NCBI GenBank assembly: GCA_963539755.1
Contig: CAUTMP010000003.1
Span: forward strand, 9,058 to 73,057
DNA: 64,000 nt
Direction of reading: 5' to 3'
Origin: an uncultured Acholeplasmataceae bacterium
Lineage (GTDB): Bacteria; Bacillota_I; Bacilli_A; Acholeplasmatales; Acholeplasmataceae
Shown: piece by piece, positions 11,266 to 19,138 of the stretch
How the letters are laid out: the number at the start of each line of letters is the position of its first letter
How positions within the stretch are numbered: the stretch's first letter is position 1
Position numbers and translations under genes: made by a program
The notes under the pieces: model-generated
The model's input: only the letters and a program-made list of their open reading frames with translations
The model's database searches: none
Told to the model about the DNA's origin: nothing

Positions 11266-12240
11266 ATGGAAACAATTATCAATGGTAAAAAAATTAAACT
11301 CTTTACTCTATCTGCAAACCCAGACCTTGCAGATAAAATTTCTGCATACACAAACATTCCTTTATCTAAAGTAAATACGCTGAAGTTCCAGGACGGAGAA
11401 GTTTGTCTGTCAGCCGACGAAAGCGTACGAGCATGCCATACTTTTATAATTCAGCCAACTTGCCGTCCAGTTAACGAAAACTTAATGGAATTATTTATTT
11501 TTGTGGACTCTTTAAAAAGAGCCTCAGTTGGACCAATTTCTGTAATCATGCCATACTATGGTTATTGCCGTCAAGACAGAAAAGATCAGTCTAGACTGCC
11601 AATTACTGCAAAGTTAGTGGCAAATTTACTGGAAAAATCTGGAATTGACAGACTAATTTGCATTGACCTGCACGTCGCACAAATCCAAGGGTTTTTTGAC
11701 ATTCCAATTGACAACTTTTCAGCAGCTGCTGTTTTTGCTGCGCACATGGACAAAAAGAAACTAAAAGACGTGGTTGTAGTTTCACCTGACCACGGTGGGG
11801 CTGCGCGTGCGCGTAACTTCTCTAAACTACTTAAAAACGAAACGCCAATCGCAATTATTGACAAACGCCGACCTCGTGCTAATGTTGCCGAAATTTTGAA
11901 TATTATTGGTGATGTTAAAGACAAAACTTGTATCTTACTTGACGACATTATAGACACCGCCGGTACTTTAGTAGCAGGTGCAGAAGCGCTTCGAAAAGCG
12001 GGTGCTAAAGAAGTATATGCGATTGCTACACACCCGATCTTTTCTGGAAGTGCTGTTGAAAAAATCAACAATTCTTGCCTAAAAGAAGTAATAGTGGCAG
12101 ACACTATTCCTTTGCGACAAGACGCTAAAGAGTCTGCAAAAATTGTGCAACTGACCATGAGTAAAATGCTTGGTAAAGCAATTTTAAATATCATTAACGA
12201 CGTTTCCGTAACCCCTGTATTTCAAAAAATAGAAGAGTAG
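11266..12240 (+). CDS. prs: ribose-phosphate pyrophosphokinase
   Basis: 324 aa with DLHVAQIQGFF and the PRPP-binding loop LLDDIIDTAGT. Confidence 0.93.
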   Translation: METIINGKKIKLFTLSANPDLADKISAYTNIPLSKVNTLKFQDGEVCLSADESVRACHTFIIQPTCRPVNENLMELFIFVDSLKRASVGPISVIMPYYGYCRQDRKDQSRLPITAKLVANLLEKSGIDRLICIDLHVAQIQGFFDIPIDNFSAAAVFAAHMDKKKLKDVVVVSPDHGGAARARNFSKLLKNETPIAIIDKRRPRANVAEILNIIGDVKDKTCILLDDIIDTAGTLVAGAEALRKAGAKEVYAIATHPIFSGSAVEKINNSCLKEVIVADTIPLRQDAKESAKIVQLTMSKMLGKAILNIINDVSVTPVFQKIEE

Positions 12241-12816
12241 ATGAAACTAATTGTTGGACTTGGAAATCCAGGTGCGCAGTATGAAAAAACTAGACACAAC
12301 ATTGGATTTCAAATACTTGATTTAATTGCAACACAACTTCAAAAACAGTTTACTTTTAGCTCAAAATTTGAATGCTTTGAGTTAAAAGAAAAGATAAACA
12401 ACGAAAACGTCGTTTTTATCAAACCCACAACTTACATGAACTTATCTGGAAATGCTTTGATTAAAGTTAAAAACTACTTTAAAGTAGACACTGCAGATAT
12501 TTTGGTAATAGTTGACGACATTAACCTGCCACTTGGTTCAGTTAGAATAAGAGAATCTGGGTCTGCTGGCGGGCACAATGGACTGAAAAGCATTGAGGCA
12601 GTACTTGGTACTACTCAGTATAAAAGAATAAAGATAGGTTGTGGTAAGCCAAATGTTGACGTTGATTTAAAAGACTATGTACTGGCTAATTTCTCAAAAG
12701 TAGAACAAGATACTTTAACTAAAGAAGTCTATCCTGTAGCGGTTGATGCAATTTTTGCTTTTATTTCTGGTGTTGAGTTTCACAAAATAACTTCTAAATA
12801 CAATATAAATGCTTGA
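12241..12816 (+). CDS. pth: peptidyl-tRNA hydrolase
   Basis: 191 aa with N-terminus KLIVGLGNPG..Y..TRHNIGF and GGHNGLKSI. Ends in a TGA stop. Confidence 0.93.
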   Translation: MKLIVGLGNPGAQYEKTRHNIGFQILDLIATQLQKQFTFSSKFECFELKEKINNENVVFIKPTTYMNLSGNALIKVKNYFKVDTADILVIVDDINLPLGSVRIRESGSAGGHNGLKSIEAVLGTTQYKRIKIGCGKPNVDVDLKDYVLANFSKVEQDTLTKEVYPVAVDAIFAFISGVEFHKITSKYNINA

Positions 12817-15800
12817 TTTAAAACTTCTTAACTTTTTAAAAAATGCATATAAGAATGCCCGACACTCTGTATCTGAGTGTATTTCTTATAATGCATTTTT
12901 TACTGTTAAAACCTATTTAAATAGCACAGGAACAGTGTTTTTAGTTCTGCCAAACCTACATCAGGCCCAACTTTATTTTGACTATCTTTCCAATATCTAT
13001 GACCCAGAACAAGTTCTGTTTTTTCCGGTAGACGAACTGATTACCCAAATCATGGCCTTTTCTTCAAAAGACTTTTTAAGTCAACGCGTCAACACAGTTC
13101 ACACACTTTTAAAAGACCAAAGAAAAATAGTAGTCACTAATGACCTTGCTTTAACTAAAAGACTTTTTAGTGTAGACAAGTACCGTCAAAACCAGGTTTT
13201 TATAAAACCAGGCATGGAGTTAAAACCAGAGACTCTGGCTGAAAAACTAATAACTTTTGGTTATCAAAAAGAGTACACTTTAAGCGCACCAGAGATTTAC
13301 TCAACTCGCGGAGATATATTTGACATTTATCCGCTCGGATATGCAGATCCAATTAGAATAAACTTTTCTGATGACATAGTTGAAATAATTAAAACCTTTA
13401 GTCTAGATACTCAACTTTCAAAAACTAAAGTTGAGTCACTCTCTCTTTTTCCAGCAACTGAACTGTTTTACACAGATGACGAGTTGAAACAGGCTGAGTC
13501 TAAAATTAAAGGTTACTTCAGTAATTTAAACTTGTCACTTGAGGAAAAAGAAAAGTTAAATAAAGATATGCTTAATTTAGTTAACAGAACTGAGTTAGAT
13601 TCACTAGGTTTGTATTTAGGTTTTTTTGCCGAAAGTAACAATACTATCTTTGATTTTGGTAAATCCAGCGAAGTGATATTTGTAGATAAAGAAAAATATC
13701 AAATCAACAACACTCAACGCAAAGACGACCTTACTCAGTTTAAAACTAGTTACAACGGCAGTAATTTAATTACCAACAATTTTTTATATGACTTTGAAAA
13801 GTCGCTTAGCAGAGCGACTTTAGAGTTTCAAACTAATGTTTTTTTAAATGATAAATATGTATTTGAGCCAGATTTTTACGCAGGTAACTTTGAAAAGTTT
13901 TATATCTACAATAAAGATATTTTAAAAAAATATCAAACAGTTTTGCTCTACAAAACTGATACTGAAAAAAACCAAATTACCGATTTTCTTTTAGAAAAGG
14001 AAATTAAGTTTTCAGATAGTTTTGAAGATAAAGAGGAAGTTAATGTTTGGTTAGTTAAAGACAGCACGCACCTTAGTTTTATAGATCCTTTTTTAGAACT
14101 TGCTGTATTTTCTTCGTATGTTTTGTTTAACTCAAACTCTAAACCTAAAGTCAGATATAAAGCACTGCTTGGCAACGCCAAGACACTAGAAAACCCAGAC
14201 GAACTTACAATAAACGAATACGTTGTGCATGTTAATTTTGGAATTGGTAAATATCTAGGTTTAACTACCAATACGATATCTGGATTTAAAAAAGACTATC
14301 TGTTGCTTGAGTACGCTAACTCAGAAAAAGTATATGTCCCAGTTTCACAAATTAACTTAGTGTTAAAATACGCAAAACCTGGTGCAGATGTTAAGTTAAG
14401 TGTGCTAGGTTCAAAAAAATGGACAGCCGCAAAACTAAAAGCCTATGAAAACGCAAAGGCTGTAGCCAGTCGTTTAATTGCTCTATATGAAGCCAGACAT
14501 AACTCACAAGGCGCCGAAATTAAAGGAGAACCTGAACTTGAGCAAGAACTTGCCAAAGATTTTAACTTTCAGTTAACTAAAGACCAAGAAACTGCCATTC
14601 AAGCGGTTTTTCTAGACATGGCCAAGCCAGTTCCAATGGAAAGACTGATAATTGGCGACGTTGGTTTTGGCAAAACCGAGGTTGCTCTAAGAGCAGCCTA
14701 CAGAGCCATAATTTCTGGCAAGCAAGTTGCCTATATTTGTCCAACTACTATACTAGCAAGTCAGCAAGCGGAACTTTTTAAAACTAGACTAACTAAGTTT
14801 GGCGTAAACGTTGCTGTTCTTTCTCGTTTAGTTGAAAAATCTAAGCAAAGTAAGTATTTGCGTGGACTTAGCACCGGAATTTACGACATTGCTATCGGCA
14901 CACACCGTCTACTTTCTAAAGATATTAAATTTAAGAACTTAGGTTTACTTATAATTGACGAAGAACAGCGTTTTGGTGCAATCGACAAAGAAAAAATTAA
15001 AGAACTAACCTTAAATGTAGATACGCTTTACTTATCTGCAACTCCAATTCCCCGCACTCTTGAACAAACTCTTTCTGGCCTAAAGTCCTACTCCTTAATT
15101 GAATCTCCGCCAAACAACCGATATCCTGTGCAAACTTACGTGCTTCCGCACGAAGACTTAATTGTCAAAGAAATCATTCAAAGAGAACTTTCTAGAGCAG
15201 GCCAAGTTTTTTACCTCTTTAACGATATTGCTAAAATTAAACAAAAGTTAGAGACTTTAAAAGCCCAAGTTCCAGAGGCCAAAATTACCTATGTGCACAG
15301 CAAGTTAAATAAAGCAGAGATTGAAAATATACTTAGCGATTTTGTTGAACACAAAATAGATGTGCTTTTAACCACTACTATTATTGAGGCTGGTATCGAC
15401 ATAGCAAATGCCAATACCTTAATTGTTGAACGCGCTGACCACTTTGGCTTGGCTCAACTTTATCAACTCAGAGGTAGAGTTGGCAGAAGTGACAAAATCG
15501 CTTATGCTTACTTTACTTACCAAAAAGGCAAAGAAATGACGGAAGACGCTAAAAAACGACTAAGCGCAATTAAACGTTTTGTTAATTTAGGTTCTGGGTT
15601 TGCCATATCTTTAGAAGACCTTTCAATTAGAGGCGGCGGCGATATTTTTGGAAAAGAACAGTCCGGCTTTATTGAAAGTGTGGGTACACAAATGTACTTG
15701 AAGTTAATTTCTGAGCAGTTAACTGGCAAACCTGCGTTTGAAGAAACTGACCCCAAAACTTCCATTTACTCACAATCTATTGACAAAACCTACATCGAAA

Positions 15801-16207
15801 GCGAGAACTTAAGAATTGCTTATCACAAAAAAATCGCAAGACTAACTTCTTTTAAAGAAGCAGTGACCTTACTTAGTGAGTTTAAAGATATTTTTGGTGT
15901 AGTTCCTGAATCCGAGCAAAACTATGTATTCTCAGTAGTTTTAAAAAACCTAAGACAAAGACTAGATGTGTTAAATATCTCGCTTGCAGATAAAGAAGTA
16001 GGCATAGAATTTAAAGACAGCCCAAATGCTATAATGTCTAAAAAACCAGTACTTGAGTTTTGTGTTAAAAGTTCAAATGTGCGTTTAAAGTCTACTTTAA
16101 ACTCAACATTTGTGTATTTAAAGACAAACAATTTAGCTGAGTGGGCTAAAGAAACTATTTTATTTTTAGAGCGCCTAGAAAAGGAGGCTGAAAATGCAGA
16201 TAATTGA
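12809..16207 (+). CDS. mfd: transcription-repair coupling factor
   Basis: 1132 aa with a UvrB-homology N-terminus, a CarD-like segment (YVVHVNFGIGKYLGL), SF2 helicase motifs (GDVGFGKTEVA, DEEQRFG, QLRGRVGRS) and a TRG motif region. Confidence 0.93.
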   Translation: MLDLKLLNFLKNAYKNARHSVSECISYNAFFTVKTYLNSTGTVFLVLPNLHQAQLYFDYLSNIYDPEQVLFFPVDELITQIMAFSSKDFLSQRVNTVHTLLKDQRKIVVTNDLALTKRLFSVDKYRQNQVFIKPGMELKPETLAEKLITFGYQKEYTLSAPEIYSTRGDIFDIYPLGYADPIRINFSDDIVEIIKTFSLDTQLSKTKVESLSLFPATELFYTDDELKQAESKIKGYFSNLNLSLEEKEKLNKDMLNLVNRTELDSLGLYLGFFAESNNTIFDFGKSSEVIFVDKEKYQINNTQRKDDLTQFKTSYNGSNLITNNFLYDFEKSLSRATLEFQTNVFLNDKYVFEPDFYAGNFEKFYIYNKDILKKYQTVLLYKTDTEKNQITDFLLEKEIKFSDSFEDKEEVNVWLVKDSTHLSFIDPFLELAVFSSYVLFNSNSKPKVRYKALLGNAKTLENPDELTINEYVVHVNFGIGKYLGLTTNTISGFKKDYLLLEYANSEKVYVPVSQINLVLKYAKPGADVKLSVLGSKKWTAAKLKAYENAKAVASRLIALYEARHNSQGAEIKGEPELEQELAKDFNFQLTKDQETAIQAVFLDMAKPVPMERLIIGDVGFGKTEVALRAAYRAIISGKQVAYICPTTILASQQAELFKTRLTKFGVNVAVLSRLVEKSKQSKYLRGLSTGIYDIAIGTHRLLSKDIKFKNLGLLIIDEEQRFGAIDKEKIKELTLNVDTLYLSATPIPRTLEQTLSGLKSYSLIESPPNNRYPVQTYVLPHEDLIVKEIIQRELSRAGQVFYLFNDIAKIKQKLETLKAQVPEAKITYVHSKLNKAEIENILSDFVEHKIDVLLTTTIIEAGIDIANANTLIVERADHFGLAQLYQLRGRVGRSDKIAYAYFTYQKGKEMTEDAKKRLSAIKRFVNLGSGFAISLEDLSIRGGGDIFGKEQSGFIESVGTQMYLKLISEQLTGKPAFEETDPKTSIYSQSIDKTYIESENLRIAYHKKIARLTSFKEAVTLLSEFKDIFGVVPESEQNYVFSVVLKNLRQRLDVLNISLADKEVGIEFKDSPNAIMSKKPVLEFCVKSSNVRLKSTLNSTFVYLKTNNLAEWAKETILFLERLEKEAENADN

Positions 16208-17045
16208 CGGAATTAAAATCTCTGAACAAATTAAACAACAACTTAAGCAAGAAGTTAAACAAATAAAAGAACAAACTAATTTAGTGCCTGGTCTGGCAAT
16301 TGTATTGGTTGGCTCAGATCCTGCTTCAAAGATTTACGTTAACAAAAAAATCAAAACAGCCACTGACCTAGGTTTTCAGGCGACTCACTTTTCGTTTTCT
16401 GAAACTGAACCTGAAAGTAAAGTAATTACCCAAATTCAAAAATTAAATAAAGATCCTTTGTATTCAGGAATTATTGTGCAACTACCATTACCAAAAGGCT
16501 TTGATAAGTTTGCAATACTAGACGCAGTTGCTAAAGAAAAAGATGTAGACGGCTTTGGCATAGTTTCACAAGGTCTGCTTTTTGAAGGCAGAGCAGGGTT
16601 TTTGCCTGCTACTGCTAGAGGTGTACTTGAGTTAATTGAAAGTACTGGCACGGAAATTAAAGGTAAAAACTGTGTTGTTGTTGGGCGTAGTTTAATTGTT
16701 GGGCAGCCTGTTGCCAAAATCCTGCAAGACAGAAATGCAACTGTTACAGTTTGCCACAGCCACACTAAAAACTTAGAGTTTTTCACTAGAAACGCAGATA
16801 TTTTAGTAGTAGCTGTTGGTATTCCTAATTTTATTAAAGGCAGTATGGTTAAGGCTAACTCTGTAGTAATTGATGTTGGTATCAACAAGGTTGATGGCAA
16901 AATAGTTGGCGATGTTGACTTTAGTTCAGTTGCTAAAGTCGCCAGCCACTTAACACCAGTACCAGGTGGAGTAGGACCACTTACTGTAGTTTCACTTCTT
17001 AAAAACACACTAGATGCGTTTAAAAAAATAAACAAACTTAAATAG
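16194..17045 (+). CDS. folD: bifunctional methylenetetrahydrofolate dehydrogenase/cyclohydrolase
   Basis: 283 aa with YVNKKIK, VQLPLP, GRS.IVG.P and PVPGGVGP motifs. RBS AAGGAGG. Confidence 0.93.
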   Translation: MQIIDGIKISEQIKQQLKQEVKQIKEQTNLVPGLAIVLVGSDPASKIYVNKKIKTATDLGFQATHFSFSETEPESKVITQIQKLNKDPLYSGIIVQLPLPKGFDKFAILDAVAKEKDVDGFGIVSQGLLFEGRAGFLPATARGVLELIESTGTEIKGKNCVVVGRSLIVGQPVAKILQDRNATVTVCHSHTKNLEFFTRNADILVVAVGIPNFIKGSMVKANSVVIDVGINKVDGKIVGDVDFSSVAKVASHLTPVPGGVGPLTVVSLLKNTLDAFKKINKLK

Positions 17046-17175
17046 ACAATTAAAATAACTAAAAATATTTTTTGTGTTTAAACAAGTTTATATGACCAAT
17101 CAAAGTCTAAACACTGATTTAACTCAAGATTAACACCTTAAACCAAAAAATTTTAGCATAAGTTTAACAAAATAA

Positions 17176-17207
17176 GGCCAAAAAGTTCATTTTTGGTCTT
17201 TTCTTTT
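17176..17207 (+). terminator. terminator after folD
   Basis: GGCCAAAAA-GTTC-ATTTTTGGTC hairpin followed by TTTTCTTTT. Confidence 0.6.
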
Positions 17208-17219
17208 AACTTACTCTAT

Positions 17220-17227
17220 TGTATAAT
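17220..17227 (+). promoter_or_regulatory. extended -10 (TGTATAAT) candidate promoter for folC
   Basis: TGTATAAT lies 68 nt upstream of the folC ATG. The -35 is weak. Confidence 0.4.
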
Positions 17228-17294
17228 CTAACAAGTTGCAAAGTCTTTTTGTTATGCTAAGTTACTAAAATAATTGCAACTATTGGGAGGTTAA

Positions 17295-19028
17295 ATGAAA
17301 GCCTATATTACTGCACAACTTGATTTTATTGATGTTGAGAAAAAAACTCAAGAACTTGAGTCTATTTTTCTGGCCAATAACCTTAAAATAATTGCCAAGT
17401 CTCCTGCTGTCAAAGTTACTCCTACTAATTTTAAACAACCTAAGCACAACTTTGCTTTAGCCTATGTTTTAGAGACAATTTTAACTCCGCTTCAACTCTT
17501 TATTTTCTTAAATCAATTAAAGGGCAAAGCAGAAAACAAAGAACTTAAAAACTTATCTTGGTTGGAACTTAACTTTATTTACGCAGATGACATTATTTTT
17601 AACTTACCTACTTTTAAATTGCCAAACCCAGTTAGATTAACAGACCCTATTCACTTAAACTTAATTTGCAAAATTGAGTCCGAAAAATTAGACCCTGAAA
17701 AGAAAGTTTCAATCAAAACTCTGGCTGAAAAAGTTTCAAAAAAATACGTACTTGACTACCTTGAGACCAGAGCAGACTTTAATATGGGACTAGAACGCAT
17801 GAATTATTTTTTAAGGAACTTAGAGTTCTTAAATCAAATTCCCTATATTCATGTAGTTGGAACTAACGGCAAAGGCAGCACTTCGCTTTACATATCTAAA
17901 GCCCTTGAGCGAAATGGATATAAAGTTGGGTTATTTCAGTCGCCTTACGTAAAGAGTTTAACTGACTCAATTTCTATATCTGGCAAAGAAATCACGTTTT
18001 CAGAAATTTATTTGATTTTAAATGTCTTGATGCATTTAATCAATATTTCTGACAACAATGGTGTTGAAATTTCTCGTTTTGAACTTGAGTATTTAATTAC
18101 CCTAATTCATTTTGCTAAAAACAAAATAGACTATGCGGTCGTAGAGGCAGGACTAGGTGGTAGAGACGACGCTACTAACGCAACTAAAAATAAACTCGCA
18201 ACGGTAATTACCAGAGTAGATTTAGACCACACTAAGTTTTTAGGCAAAAACCGTCGTGTGATTTTAGAGCATAAAGCAGACGCAATCCGCGAAAACGGTT
18301 TAGCCGTTGCTTTGCCGCTTGGCAAGGCTCTTGAAAACTATTTACACGACAAATGCAAGGAAAGAAATGCCAAGTTAGAAATAGTTAACTTAAAAGAAAT
18401 CAATAAAGCCAATGTTGGCATCAACGTTTGTAGTTATGAATATGGTGGTAGATTAGTTAAGTTAGAGGCCAGAGGTCGTGTGCAAATTCAAAACTCATTT
18501 TTAGCACTAAACGTGTTAAAGCATTTAAATGACCGCGGAGTTATTAAAACTGATTTTGATAAAAACGTAGATGCGGTGTGTGAGACTAAATATCAAGGTA
18601 GATATGAGTTTATTAAAGAAAACGTCATGATAGACGGTGCACATAACTTAAATGCTTTCAAAGAACTTTCTCAGTTTATAAGAGATACTTTGCCACAAGG
18701 TTCAACTGTGTTGCTTTTAATGTCTTGTATGAAAGACAAAAATTACAATAAAATGGTTGAAGAAATCATTAAGATTAAAAACTTAACAGTGGTGACCAGC
18801 GAAGTTACTATAAAACCCGACAGAAGTTTGGCATCTATAGAACTTGCTAAGGAGTTTATTAACCAAGGTGTGCGACCACTTGGTGTGGTATCAATTAAAG
18901 ATTTTATTTTAAAACTAGACACTTTGGCCAAAAAATATGACCTGGTTTTAATTGCAGGTTCGCTTTACATGATTACTGAACTTAAACTAATCTTAGAAGA
19001 TTTAAAAGAAAAATCAAAAAAAGAATAA
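17295..19028 (+). CDS. folC: folylpolyglutamate synthase-like protein with an extra N-terminal HPPK-like domain
   Basis: 577 aa. The Mur-ligase/FolC P-loop VVGTNGKGST is near residue 190, with DLDHTKFLG and IDGAHN motifs. About 150 extra N-terminal residues align by eye to the HPPK (FolK) fold. RBS GGGAGG. Confidence 0.8.
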   Translation: MKAYITAQLDFIDVEKKTQELESIFLANNLKIIAKSPAVKVTPTNFKQPKHNFALAYVLETILTPLQLFIFLNQLKGKAENKELKNLSWLELNFIYADDIIFNLPTFKLPNPVRLTDPIHLNLICKIESEKLDPEKKVSIKTLAEKVSKKYVLDYLETRADFNMGLERMNYFLRNLEFLNQIPYIHVVGTNGKGSTSLYISKALERNGYKVGLFQSPYVKSLTDSISISGKEITFSEIYLILNVLMHLINISDNNGVEISRFELEYLITLIHFAKNKIDYAVVEAGLGGRDDATNATKNKLATVITRVDLDHTKFLGKNRRVILEHKADAIRENGLAVALPLGKALENYLHDKCKERNAKLEIVNLKEINKANVGINVCSYEYGGRLVKLEARGRVQIQNSFLALNVLKHLNDRGVIKTDFDKNVDAVCETKYQGRYEFIKENVMIDGAHNLNAFKELSQFIRDTLPQGSTVLLLMSCMKDKNYNKMVEEIIKIKNLTVVTSEVTIKPDRSLASIELAKEFINQGVRPLGVVSIKDFILKLDTLAKKYDLVLIAGSLYMITELKLILEDLKEKSKKE

Positions 19029-19070
19029 ATTATTTCAAAAAATCCCTCTAAATTTGCAAAAAAATTTTAA

Positions 19071-19084
19071 TGTAAACGCTTACA
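19071..19084 (+). promoter_or_regulatory. cre-type (CcpA/LacI-family) operator TGTAAACGCTTACA
   Basis: Matches the consensus TGWAANCGNTNWCA at 14/14 positions and overlaps the -35. An identical copy lies at 54292-54305 on the minus strand. Confidence 0.6.
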
Positions 19085-19108
19085 TTTTAAAAATATAAGT
19101 GGTAAAAT
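19080..19108 (+). promoter_or_regulatory. promoter of the nuclease lipoprotein gene
   Basis: -35 TTACAT, 17-nt spacer, TGg-TAAAAT extended -10. Lies 31 nt upstream of the ATG. Confidence 0.6.
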
Positions 19109-19138
19109 ATTTAAGCAAGTGTAAAGGGGTTTTTATTT

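Noticed and set aside
11586-12194. 202-aa minus-strand ORF inside prs. Similar antisense ORFs lie at 16436-17035 in folD, 60460-60822 in the yitT-family gene, 5564-5869, 13948-14271 and 40915-41262.
   Set aside because: Each lies fully inside a strongly supported conserved gene on the other strand. They have no RBS and show skewed, low-complexity (Ser/Leu/Ile-rich) composition. These are typical shadow ORFs.
17234-17279. Possible THF riboswitch in the folC leader (GTTGCAA ... TTGCAAC inverted repeat).
   Set aside because: The leader is only about 60 nt and AT-rich. It lacks the GC-rich conserved cores I associate with THF riboswitches. The 7-bp repeat alone is not evidence.
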